Notes: generated from the sequence alone by a model not told the origin. 64,000 nt of DNA from Alcanivorax sp. (GCF_040118815.1 NZ_JBEDTC010000002.1:15894-79893), one strand, 5' to 3'; counted from the stretch's first letter, positions 1 through 8,843 are shown. Translations and numbers: made by a program.

Positions 1-399
1 ACTAATTGTAACCGTGAAGAGCGCGATGACCTGTGTATTCGTGAAACCCGTGATGCAGGGCAGCACTGGGAAGATCGCTGGTTTTTCCATAATCGGGAGC
101 AGTGGCGCGGTAGCGAGCTGAAACCGGATGCGTTTGCTGATCTGATTGACGATGAGTTTGTCGGCGGTGCTATTCCCGAAGATCGGCGCCTGTTTCTTGA
201 GCGAGTGAAGGCCAACAAGTGCCAAAGTCACCGGGGCTGTGAATTTCAGTACGACTACCCGTATATGGTGCGCACCCGTAATGGCGATCTGCATCTACTT
301 TACACCTGGAACAAGACGGCGATCCGCCATGCCTGGCTGAAAGCTGATTCCTCTGAGGGCACAGTGTCCCCACAAGAACCCGCACAAGGAGCTCGGTAA
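1..399 (+). CDS. BNR/exo-alpha-sialidase-like protein, C-terminal fragment (5' end outside window)
   Basis: Frame 1 is open from nt 1 to TAA at 397-399; the ORF track lists it only from an internal M at 205. The tail ...QYDYPYMVRTRNGDLHLLYTWNKTAIRHAWL resembles C-termini of proteobacterial BNR-repeat sialidase-like proteins (recognised from memory). Confidence 0.5.
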   Translation, partial: TNCNREERDDLCIRETRDAGQHWEDRWFFHNREQWRGSELKPDAFADLIDDEFVGGAIPEDRRLFLERVKANKCQSHRGCEFQYDYPYMVRTRNGDLHLLYTWNKTAIRHAWLKADSSEGTVSPQEPAQGAR

Positions 400-1061
400 T
401 GTCACTTGATTTGGTGATTTGCGCGCTGGTGCTGGTGGCGGTTCAGTTGCGTATCAGTGCCAACTTGCTGTTCTTGCGGGGGCGTATTTTTCTGGCCGCG
501 CTGGTCTTCGTTTGGTCCTTGCTGCCTTACCCCTGGGGGCCTGGGACTTGGGTGTTGAGTTATCTGGCGGGCTTTAGTGTCTCCTCTGGCCTGTTGGCGG
601 TGCTGGCGATTCAGCACCGTGTCGTCGGGCATTACTGGCTACCCGTGCGGGAGTTGCGCACCGCCTGCCTGATGCTGGTATTGATGGCGCTGTGGTTCTA
701 CCCGATGAGCATGGGCTCCAGCTATGCTGACCCTTATGCGTTGGGCTTTGGCAGTTTTGAATTCAGTACGGCTCTGTTGCTGATCGGTCTGTTGGCGTGG
801 ATTACGCGGGCCTATGCATCCTGCCTGATTCTGGTGGCGGCTCAGTGCGCCTTTGGCGCCGGTTTGCTGACCAGTGACAACCTGTGGGATTACCTGATCG
901 ATCCCTGGCTGGTGTGCTGGGCGGCAGGTTGGTTATTGCGAGATCGATTGCTGCGGGCACGGGCCATGCCCGCGTCGCAGCCATCGGTTCAGCCTTCGGA
1001 GGAAGACAAGGGCGCAGACGGTGCTACTGAGGCGGCGGGCCAGAACAACGCCACCAGATAA
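399..1061 (+). CDS. hypothetical multi-pass membrane protein
   Basis: 220-aa ORF. Its ATG overlaps the upstream stop (TAATG), which suggests translational coupling. Several hydrophobic helices followed by a low-complexity acidic/Gly tail. No family recognised. Confidence 0.5.
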   Translation: MSLDLVICALVLVAVQLRISANLLFLRGRIFLAALVFVWSLLPYPWGPGTWVLSYLAGFSVSSGLLAVLAIQHRVVGHYWLPVRELRTACLMLVLMALWFYPMSMGSSYADPYALGFGSFEFSTALLLIGLLAWITRAYASCLILVAAQCAFGAGLLTSDNLWDYLIDPWLVCWAAGWLLRDRLLRARAMPASQPSVQPSEEDKGADGATEAAGQNNATR

Positions 1062-2542
1062 CCGACCAGGAACATCAACACGTTGCCGATCAGGCCGGTG
1101 TAGTACAGGTCAAAGGGGGCGCTTAGCGCCTCTGGCAGCAGCTGGTTGTTGGTCAGGATCGTCCAGCTGGTGAATACCAATGTGCAGCCGATGCCACACC
1201 AGGCGGCCCGTGCATTCCCCTTCTTGCTGAAGAACCCCAGTAGATACAACCCCAGCATGCCGCCACCCAGCAGGGACACCAGAATGGTGGAGGTGTCCTG
1301 CAGCGTTTTTGTGTCAGCCTGGTTCAGCCACAGCGCACCGATAATCATGAAGCCAGTGACGGCGATGGCGATGGCCCAGGCCACTTTCAGATAGTGGCGA
1401 TCATCGCGACCGGGGCGCAGGTGGCGGCGATACAGGTCCACCACGCTGACAGTGGTAATCGAATTGATGCTGGAATCCAGTGAGCTCATGGCGGCGGCGA
1501 GGGCCGCCGCAATGACCAGCCCGGCCACACCCGCGGGCAGGTAAGCGGTGATGAAATGCGGCATCAGAGTTTCCGCCCGCGCATCACTGGCCAGAATGGC
1601 GCCGGCATGTGGGTCCGGGTACACCTGAAAGAACACCCACAGAGCGGTGCCCAGTAACATATAGAACGCCCAGATCGGCAGGGCCGTGAACAGGTAGACC
1701 CAGAGTCCTCGCCGCGCTTCCAGTGTGGATTGGGAGGCGCAGTAACGCTGCACGGTGTTCTGGTTGCTGGAGTATTCGGTGAGCCAGTTGGTCAGCCCGA
1801 TCAGCAGCATCATGGTGGCGGTTTTCTCGCTCAGGGAGAACGACCAGGAGGTGTCCCCCGGGGCGCCGTTTTCCCACGGTGCCAGCGCAAACTTGCCGGC
1901 GCTGCCGGCTTGCTCAAACACCTGATTCAGGCCGCCGGGTAGTGCATCCAGTATCACCCACAGGCAGATAATGCCGCCGAGCAGCAAAATCACGGTTTGC
2001 AGCACATCGGTCCAGATCACCGCATCGATGCCGCCGATCACGGTGTACAGCCCCACAAAGAGGCCGCCGAGCACAATGGCGGTGGTTGGTGACAGATCGG
2101 TGACCTGTTGAATCAACAGCGACAACAGCCACAGAATCATGGCCAGGCGCACCAGCTGTGCCACCAGAAAGGCCACGGCGCCATACACTCGAATGGAGGG
2201 GCCGTAGCGTTGTTCGAGAAATTCGTAGGCGCTGGTCATGTTGCCACGCCGGAAAAAAGGGAGAAAAACAAAGGCGGCGACCAGCATGGCCGGTAGCAAC
2301 GCCAGGTTAGGCAGGTAGCGCAACCAGTCGGTTTTGAACGCATCGGCCGGGTAGGCAAGGAAGGTAATAGAGCTAATGGACGTACCCACCAGCGAGAGGC
2401 CAATCACCCAGCCGCGAAAGCGTCGTCCGCCGACAAAATATTCTTCGGTGCTGGTATTGCGGCGAGAAAAATAGATGCCGATACCCAGTACCACACACAG
2501 GTAGCCCGCCAGGACAACCCAGTCAGCCGTGGCCAGTGTCAT
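989..2542 (-). CDS. sodium:solute symporter family (SSF) transporter
   Basis: 517 aa, about 13 predicted TM helices. The N-terminus ...YFSRRNTSTEEYFVGGRRFRGWVIGLSLVGTSISSITFLAYPADAFK is typical of the SSF family. Confidence 0.9.
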   Translation of the reverse strand: MTLATADWVVLAGYLCVVLGIGIYFSRRNTSTEEYFVGGRRFRGWVIGLSLVGTSISSITFLAYPADAFKTDWLRYLPNLALLPAMLVAAFVFLPFFRRGNMTSAYEFLEQRYGPSIRVYGAVAFLVAQLVRLAMILWLLSLLIQQVTDLSPTTAIVLGGLFVGLYTVIGGIDAVIWTDVLQTVILLLGGIICLWVILDALPGGLNQVFEQAGSAGKFALAPWENGAPGDTSWSFSLSEKTATMMLLIGLTNWLTEYSSNQNTVQRYCASQSTLEARRGLWVYLFTALPIWAFYMLLGTALWVFFQVYPDPHAGAILASDARAETLMPHFITAYLPAGVAGLVIAAALAAAMSSLDSSINSITTVSVVDLYRRHLRPGRDDRHYLKVAWAIAIAVTGFMIIGALWLNQADTKTLQDTSTILVSLLGGGMLGLYLLGFFSKKGNARAAWCGIGCTLVFTSWTILTNNQLLPEALSAPFDLYYTGLIGNVLMFLVGYLVALFWPAASVAPSAPLSSSEG

Positions 2543-2568
2543 TATTGTTATTCCGCTTCAGGCAACAG

Positions 2569-2611
2569 GCGGCGCGCAACAGGCCGCCGCGTGCAGCCTG
2601 TTGCGCGCCGC
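2569..2611. other. perfect 16-bp GC-rich stem-loop between the CSD-protein gene and the symporter gene
   Basis: gcggcgcgcaacaggc (2569-2584) is the exact reverse complement of gcctgttgcgcgccgc (2596-2611), with an 11-nt loop. There is no U-tract on either strand, so it is not a canonical intrinsic terminator. Confidence 0.6.
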
Positions 2612-2631
2612 GTGATGCGGCTTATGTTGCG

Positions 2632-3240
2632 TTACTGCTCGATATAAACGTTATCGGCTTGTTCGCCACGATCAGACATGCGGGTATCGAAACGTACCTT
2701 GGTGCCGGTGCGCAGGCTGCGACGGCCGCCGTTCTGTACTGCTTTGAAATGCACAAACAGTTCTTCACCGCTGTCGGTAAGAATGAAGCCGAAGCCTTTG
2801 TTCGGGTTGAACCACTTCACTTCACCGCGCTGCTGGCCATTGCTGCCGGGCAAGGAGGGCATAGACAGGTTGGCTGGCACCAACTTGCTGAAGGGAATCA
2901 GCGGCAGCAGGTAGGCGAGGACCGGAATCCACAGCCATGCCTGGTGGGTGAAGACGGTATTACCATGGCTGGCTACCAGGCCGGCGAGGTAGAAAAACAC
3001 GGCCACGTGCAGCGGCAGCCGCTGGCGACCGCCAAGCAGGCAGACCAGGTTGACGGCCGCGGCCAGCAACAGGCCCAGGCCGGTTTGTTGACTGTGGATG
3101 TTAGAAACCTGAATCATGGCCAGGTTTTCGTGGATAGTCACCAGGGCCATTTCCGGCGCAAACAGAAGCCAGGCGCCAGGGATGGCCAGCAACAGGGTGA
3201 CGATGACGTAAAAAATAGTCAGCGATTTAGAGACATTCAT
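2632..3240 (-). CDS. membrane-anchored cold-shock-domain protein (N-terminal ~4-TM domain + C-terminal CSD)
   Basis: C-terminus GEVKWFNPNKGFGFILTDSGEELFVHFKAV... carries the CspA RNP1/RNP2 motifs (KGFGFI, VFVHF-like). The N-terminal 130 aa are hydrophobic. The ATG at 3240 is preferred over the TTG at 3267 used by the track. Confidence 0.8.
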   Translation of the reverse strand: MNVSKSLTIFYVIVTLLLAIPGAWLLFAPEMALVTIHENLAMIQVSNIHSQQTGLGLLLAAAVNLVCLLGGRQRLPLHVAVFFYLAGLVASHGNTVFTHQAWLWIPVLAYLLPLIPFSKLVPANLSMPSLPGSNGQQRGEVKWFNPNKGFGFILTDSGEELFVHFKAVQNGGRRSLRTGTKVRFDTRMSDRGEQADNVYIEQ

Positions 3241-3453
3241 GGAATTGACGTTACCTTGTTTATGCAATGAGTGATAAAAGTAAGGATAAAAACAGCCAGA
3301 TGACGAGGCGGTATTGTGCGGCTAATGTGCCCGGGTAAAACCCCCGTTACCGTGGCCCTTTTTGTTGGCAGGGCTTGCCGGTAATGACTGTCAGGCACCG
3401 CACAATCCGGGCATTGTACCCAAGCTGGCGGTGAAACTCATGTTGGAGTCATT

Positions 3454-4503
3454 TTGACGTCGTATCCATTCCTGAATTCGGCTTTTTTCCAGGCGTTGCA
3501 GCAGTGCGGCGCCACCACGCCAGAGACTGGCTGGTCGCCCTGCCATGTTGAGCGCGACGGGGCCTGGCTGCCTTTGTACGGTCGAGACCATTCCCGTGGC
3601 GAGTACGTGTTTGATTTCAGCTGGGCAGACGCATATCAGCGCCATGGGCTGGCTTATTACCCCAAGTTGGTGACCTCGGTGCCGTTCACGCCGGTGGTGG
3701 GCCCGCGGTGGTTGGGCGACTGGCGCCCGGAGACGCTTTGGCAGGCGGTGAGCGAGCAATTGGCGGTGCAGCAGGCTAGTGGCTGGCATTTGTTGTTTCC
3801 GGACCAGGCAAGCCGTGAGGCTCTGGTGGATTTGCCGCTGGTGTCTCGCCAGGCCTGTCACTTTCGTTGGTTTAATCGCGGCTATGCCGATTTCGGTGCT
3901 TTTCTGGCTGAGTTCCAGTCGCGCAAGCGCAAGAACCTGCGCAAGGAGCGTCGGCGAATCCACGAGCAGGGCATCCAGATCGAGCGCCGCCGTGGCGCCC
4001 AGATCCAGGCAGATGACTGGTCCTTGTTCTATCGTTGCTACGCCAGCACGTATCTCAAGCGTGGTCAGATGCCGTACCTGAACGAGGCGTTTTTTGCCAC
4101 GGTGGCCGAACAGCAGGGGGAGCAGCTGATGATGGTGTTGGCCCGGGACGGCAATAGCCAGGCACCTATCGCAGCGGCCCTGTATTTCTTCGACGACACC
4201 CAGCTCTATGGCCGCTACTGGGGCTGCCTGCAGGAGCGCGATTGCCTGCATTTCGAAATGTGCTATTACCAGGGTATCGAGTTTGCCATTGAGCAGCAGT
4301 TACAGGAGTTTGACCCCGGTGTGCAGGGCGAGCATAAGATTCTGCGTGGCTTCGAACCGGTGATTACTTGGTCGTTGCACCATTTGTGTGAGCCCGCTTT
4401 TCAGCGGGCAATTGGGGATTTCTGTGAGGAAGAAGCGCTGCATGTGCAGCGTTACCAGGACGAGGCGCGCAGTCTGTTGCCCTTCCGGCGAGGTGGGGAA
4501 TAA
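3454..4503 (+). CDS. GNAT/FemAB-like N-acetyltransferase family protein (COG3146/DUF482-type)
   Basis: 349 aa. The motif YYQGIEFAIEQQLQEFDPGVQGEHKILRGFEPV is characteristic of the COG3146 family. TTG start as in the track; the true start is uncertain. Confidence 0.75.
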   Translation: MTSYPFLNSAFFQALQQCGATTPETGWSPCHVERDGAWLPLYGRDHSRGEYVFDFSWADAYQRHGLAYYPKLVTSVPFTPVVGPRWLGDWRPETLWQAVSEQLAVQQASGWHLLFPDQASREALVDLPLVSRQACHFRWFNRGYADFGAFLAEFQSRKRKNLRKERRRIHEQGIQIERRRGAQIQADDWSLFYRCYASTYLKRGQMPYLNEAFFATVAEQQGEQLMMVLARDGNSQAPIAAALYFFDDTQLYGRYWGCLQERDCLHFEMCYYQGIEFAIEQQLQEFDPGVQGEHKILRGFEPVITWSLHHLCEPAFQRAIGDFCEEEALHVQRYQDEARSLLPFRRGGE

Positions 4504-4541
4504 CGAGTCCCTAATGGCCCTTAACATGTCGGCCAGGATCG

Positions 4542-4907
4542 TCAGGCCGCTACTTGCTGCTCTCGCTGGTACAGCAGGGCCATGGTGACTTTGTCACACA
4601 AATCAGCCTGGGGGTGGTCTGGGGATTTCGGCCCCAGGGTATCAGTCACATCTTCCAGGTCGCAGCTCAGTGGGTCATTCAGATCGGCAAAGAACTCCCA
4701 GGCACGGCCGTGTCGGTCAACGAGAGTGCCGGTGTAGATGCCGTCATCGAACCTGCATACACACGAAAAAACGGTTTCATCCAGCGCAAAGCCTTGCGCC
4801 TTAACCCAGGCCGAGAGTGCCGGGTCCAGGCTACCGCTACGAACCTGTTCGGTGGCGTGGGCCACGGATTCCCATGTATTGCGGGTGCTTGCTTTACTGA
4901 ATTCCAT
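4542..4907 (-). CDS. hypothetical protein
   Basis: ORF 4542..5024. The internal ATG at 4907 (MEFSKAST...) is preceded by GACGAGGACAAACG (GAGGA Shine-Dalgarno). No family recognised. Confidence 0.45.
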   Translation of the reverse strand: MEFSKASTRNTWESVAHATEQVRSGSLDPALSAWVKAQGFALDETVFSCVCRFDDGIYTGTLVDRHGRAWEFFADLNDPLSCDLEDVTDTLGPKSPDHPQADLCDKVTMALLYQREQQVAA

Positions 4908-5045
4908 CGTTTGTCCTCGTCCCATGAGGTTGATCGTCCGTGAAAATGTGATGCGAATCACAGTTCTGCCGATCAACGGCAGTGTTTCGGAGATGTTCGT
5001 ATTCTGCCCGTACTTTCGTGCCAATGCATAGGGAAGTTGCTCTGA

Positions 5046-5069
5046 TAATTGTCAGCTAAAGCTGACAAT
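5046..5069. promoter_or_regulatory. perfect 11+11 palindrome AATTGTCAGCT-AA-AGCTGACAATT (candidate operator or hairpin)
   Basis: Read directly. It lies between the M48 peptidase stop (5193) and the start of the 4907 gene, about 140 nt upstream of that ATG. No flanking U-tract. Confidence 0.3.
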
Positions 5070-5192
5070 TTGAAGAAGATTCAGTGTTTTGCATAATAGG
5101 GTGGCCCGCCTGCCAATGTGGAGGCGCCTTGTCGGGAAACCATTTGAGTGGTTGTGGTGGCATGGGGGCGCCCGCCGTATGCCGCTGAGCGT

Positions 5193-7124
5193 TCAGTCGG
5201 CAAACAGGGGAGGGAGCGGGCATTCGAGCAGGGCGGCGATGGTCCGCAGCAATTCTGCTTCCTGTACTTGCACTTTGCCGTCGGCCAACACCAGGTCGGC
5301 AGCGGCATCAATCACCGGCCCCTTGAGCAGGGGAGACAGGTCGGCCAGCCGATCCACAGCGTTACCCAGCTTGTGGCTGGCGCAGTGGGTGAGTGGCAAC
5401 AAGGTGCGGCCGGCGGGCAGTAGCCCATGGGTGCTGCGCTGGAACAGGGTGCGGGCCTCTTCGTCTTCGGCGCCACTGGACCAGGTCAATACGGAAAACA
5501 GCAGTTGCAGCTCGGCCGCCAGGGCGCCATAGCGGCGGAAACGGGTGCGGCGGTTCCTGCCAGACTGGTCGCCCAGTTGTTGGTGGGCCAGCCCCACCAA
5601 CGCCCATTCGAAAAACGTGTAACGGTTATCGACCTGAATCAGTGCCGTCAGGTGCGAGAGAATGCGCGCCCGTGTATCGGCAGGTAAGGGCTTGAGCACC
5701 GGCAAGGCCAAGTCAATGAGCGGTAGGCGCAGGCGCGAGCCCAGTGCGCCGATGGTTTGGCTCAATGTCATCAGGGTTTGCCGCTCGTCGCTGACGTTCA
5801 GTGCCTTGAGCAGCGATTCGGGGTCGCTGGTGGAGGTGCTGAGGATCAAGGCGTATAGCACGCTTTCTGCTGATTGGGGCGAGCGTATCTGGTGTCGCAA
5901 ATCATCCGGAATGGCTTGCAGCAGGCTGCGGGCATAGCCCATATCCGGTTCGCTGACGGTGCCCACCCGCTGTGACGCAGTGGGGGGCGGGGCGGTGGTG
6001 GTGCCCGCAGGCTCTGTGCTACCGCCGGCGAAAGCTGAGGCGCCTTGGGGTACGGCAGTCCCTGGGGCGGTTTGGTTCTCTGTGCCAATAGCCGAACTCC
6101 CCGAGTCCCGTGCGCGGCTGCGGGCACGGGCCACCCAGTCGCTGCCCAGAGCGGTCAGGCGCTCATCCAGTGGCGGGTGGGTCCCCAGCAGGTTACGCAG
6201 GCGAAAGTGCAGGGTTTCCCCGAAACACATGTGGCTCATGTCTTCCGCGTGGGGCGTGGCCAGGTGGGAGCCGTTACCGTTACGAATTTTGATCAACGCG
6301 CCGCCGAGCCCGGCCGGGTTGCGAGTGAACTGCACCGCGGAGGCATCCGCCAGTAGTTCCCGTTGCCGGGAAATGGCAGCTTTGATGAGGCGACCGAAGA
6401 ACAGGCCCACATAACCGATCACCATCAGGGCCAGCCCGACAAACACCAACCCGCCCCCGCCCTTGCTGTTGGATGAAGAACGACTGAACGACGAGCGGCG
6501 TTGCCCACGAATCAGGTATTCGCCCACCTTGCCCAGCGCGAGAATGCCCGCCAAGACGGCTAGCAAACGTAGATTAAGGCGCATGTCGGCGTTGAATATA
6601 TGACTGAATTCATGGGCGATAACGCCCTGCAATTCATCCCGATTCAGCTCGTTGAGGGTGCCTTGGGTCACCACCAGTACGGTTTCCGAGGGCCGGAAGC
6701 CCGCAACAAAAGCGTTTATGGCGGTTTCCTTGTCCAGGACATAGAGCTGGGGGGCAGGAATGCCCGAGGCGATGCTCATTTCCTCGACCACGTTGATCAG
6801 CTTTTTTTCACCGGTGACGGTGCTGTCCATGGGGATATGGCGCGCGCCGAGCATCTCGGCTAGCCCCTGGCCGCCATTGCGCAGTTGCCACAGCTTGAGC
6901 AGGCAACCGAACACCATGACGACGAGTGTGAGGCCGGTAATCCAGTGGATGAAGGGATGGGTAAACCATTGGCTGGCCGAGACTGACTGAAAATCGCCCC
7001 AGAAGAGCGTCAGCAATACCGCCAGATTCACGCACACCACGATAGCGATGACCGCGAGAATGAAATACAGGACCAAAAGCCCGGTTTTACGCCGGGCCCG
7101 TTCCTGATGTTGAAAGAAATCCAT
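5193..7124 (-). CDS. M48 family (HtpX-like) zinc metallopeptidase with long C-terminal extension
   Basis: 643 aa. Has N-terminal TM helices and the HExxH motif (VIAHEFSHIFN), followed by about 330 aa of soluble C-terminal region. Sits 12 nt downstream of a LemA gene. Confidence 0.85.
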   Translation of the reverse strand: MDFFQHQERARRKTGLLVLYFILAVIAIVVCVNLAVLLTLFWGDFQSVSASQWFTHPFIHWITGLTLVVMVFGCLLKLWQLRNGGQGLAEMLGARHIPMDSTVTGEKKLINVVEEMSIASGIPAPQLYVLDKETAINAFVAGFRPSETVLVVTQGTLNELNRDELQGVIAHEFSHIFNADMRLNLRLLAVLAGILALGKVGEYLIRGQRRSSFSRSSSNSKGGGGLVFVGLALMVIGYVGLFFGRLIKAAISRQRELLADASAVQFTRNPAGLGGALIKIRNGNGSHLATPHAEDMSHMCFGETLHFRLRNLLGTHPPLDERLTALGSDWVARARSRARDSGSSAIGTENQTAPGTAVPQGASAFAGGSTEPAGTTTAPPPTASQRVGTVSEPDMGYARSLLQAIPDDLRHQIRSPQSAESVLYALILSTSTSDPESLLKALNVSDERQTLMTLSQTIGALGSRLRLPLIDLALPVLKPLPADTRARILSHLTALIQVDNRYTFFEWALVGLAHQQLGDQSGRNRRTRFRRYGALAAELQLLFSVLTWSSGAEDEEARTLFQRSTHGLLPAGRTLLPLTHCASHKLGNAVDRLADLSPLLKGPVIDAAADLVLADGKVQVQEAELLRTIAALLECPLPPLFAD

Positions 7125-7136
7125 GGGAAGGCCGCG

Positions 7137-7724
7137 TTAGAAGGTGACGTTCACAGCCTTGCGTGCCTGCTCGCTCTCGATCTGGAGCAGCTTGGCTTCG
7201 CTGAACTGGCCAAACAGGCCACCGATAAAGTTCTGCGGGAATTGTTCGCGGTACGTGTTGTAGTTCATGGCCGCGTCGTTGAATGCTTGGCGGGCAAACC
7301 CGATGCGGTTTTCGGTGCTGCTCAGCTCTTCCATCAGCTGGGCCATGGTGTCGTTGGCCTTCAGGTCCGGGTAGTTTTCGCTGAGCGCAAAAAAGTTGGC
7401 CAGTGAGCCGGATAGCAGGGATTCCGCCTTGCCAAGCTGGGTGACAGCGTTAGCGTCGTCCGGGTGTGCGGCAGCGGCTTGCTTGGCACTGATGGCCTGA
7501 TTTCGGGCCTCAATCACCTGGGTGAGCGTTTCTTTCTCATGGCTCATGTAGCCCTTGGCGGTTTCCACCAGATTGGGAATCAGGTCGTGACGGCGCTGTA
7601 GCTGCACATCAATCTGGGCAAAGCCGTTCTTGAAGCGATTCTTCAGGGCGATAAGCCGGTTGTAGACGGCAATGATGTAAATGATGACGGCAATGATGAT
7701 GCCGAAAAAAATCAGAGTGCCCAT
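7137..7724 (-). CDS. lemA: LemA family protein
   Basis: 195 aa with an N-terminal TM helix. Contains typical LemA sequence: ...YNRLIALKNRFKNGFAQIDVQLQRRHDLIPNLVETAKGYMSHEKETL... Confidence 0.9.
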   Translation of the reverse strand: MGTLIFFGIIIAVIIYIIAVYNRLIALKNRFKNGFAQIDVQLQRRHDLIPNLVETAKGYMSHEKETLTQVIEARNQAISAKQAAAAHPDDANAVTQLGKAESLLSGSLANFFALSENYPDLKANDTMAQLMEELSSTENRIGFARQAFNDAAMNYNTYREQFPQNFIGGLFGQFSEAKLLQIESEQARKAVNVTF

Positions 7725-7931
7725 GCAGGTGATCCTTCCCCAAGCGGTGTTGTTGTTGGCCTATAAGCTACTGCAAAAGTCGTAGAGTGGGAAGAAGGGA
7801 GCGAATGAAACCGCTGTGGCAGTGTCTTTTAAGGCACAAGCGAGTGGCGAGTAACGAGTTTCGAAAAGCAGATTCTGTTGTGTTGTTTCTTGCCTTTCGT
7901 GACTCGAAACTCGTATCTCGCAACGGGGTTC

Positions 7932-8843
7932 TCACGCGCCGAGCCAAGTGGCGACGTTGGTCGGGCTCACCGGCAGGTAGTGATCCACAAGCAGGGCGGT
8001 AAACAGGGCGAACAGGTAGGTGATCGAGTAACCGAAGGTTTTCATCGGCAGTTTCGGGTCTTCGGAAAAACGCAGGCGTACCGCGTGATACAGAAACACC
8101 AGGCCGAGGATCAGGGCGCTGAGCAAATAGATCAGATCGCTCATGCCGGTGAGGTACGGTAGCAGGGTGCAGATAAACAGCAGAATGGTGTAGTACAGCA
8201 CCGATTCACGGGTGAACGGGATGCCGTGGGTCACCGGTAGCATGGGGATATCCGCCTTGGCGTATTCGTCGCGACGGTGAATGGCCAGCGCCCAAAAATG
8301 TGGCGGCGTCCAGACGAAGATGATCAGCACCAGCAGCCAGGCGTACGGGTGGGCTTCACCGGTAACGGCGGTCCAGCCGAGCAGCGGTGGAATGGCGCCG
8401 GCGATGCCGCCAATCACGATGTTTTGCGGGGTCGCCCGTTTCAGGTAGAGAGTGTAAATAAAGGCGTAGCCAACAAAGCCGAACAGGGTCAGCCAGGCGG
8501 TAATCGGGTTCACCAGGAAATACAGCATGACCATGGAGGCTGCTGCCAGTAGCACCGCAAAGGTGATGGCCGCTTTTGGGGTCAGCTTGCCGGCCACCAG
8601 GGGGCGCTTTTCCGTGCGCTTCATGATGGCATCGATTTTCTGATCCATGATCTGGTTAATGGCGGCGGACGCCATCATGGCCAGAGATAGACCCAGGAAC
8701 GCGGGGATGAAGGTTCCCAACGGCACCATGCCTGCCGGCTCGGTGGCCAGGAACATGCCTGCCACCGCGGTGACCATGAGCAACATGACTACGCCGGGTT
8801 TGGTGAGGGCGAGATAGTCGCGCCAGTGGGCTGACTCACTCAT
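7932..8843 (-). CDS. cyoE: protoheme IX farnesyltransferase (heme O synthase)
   Basis: UbiA-family polytopic protein (…YLALTKPGVVMLLMVTA…, …WTPPHFWALA…). The start at 8843 makes an ATGA overlap with the ctaA stop. The track's upstream start at 8885 lies inside ctaA. Confidence 0.92.
   Translation of the reverse strand: MSESAHWRDYLALTKPGVVMLLMVTAVAGMFLATEPAGMVPLGTFIPAFLGLSLAMMASAAINQIMDQKIDAIMKRTEKRPLVAGKLTPKAAITFAVLLAAASMVMLYFLVNPITAWLTLFGFVGYAFIYTLYLKRATPQNIVIGGIAGAIPPLLGWTAVTGEAHPYAWLLVLIIFVWTPPHFWALAIHRRDEYAKADIPMLPVTHGIPFTRESVLYYTILLFICTLLPYLTGMSDLIYLLSALILGLVFLYHAVRLRFSEDPKLPMKTFGYSITYLFALFTALLVDHYLPVSPTNVATWLGA

Noticed and set aside
3391-4251. 286-aa minus-strand ORF overlapping the GNAT/FemAB-like gene. 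Also 35253..36020(-), 36807..37586(-) and 37324..38034(-).
   Set aside because: They overlap better-supported genes (COG3146-like, glutathione peroxidase, GIY-YIG, LemA) in another frame or strand, and their composition is non-protein-like.
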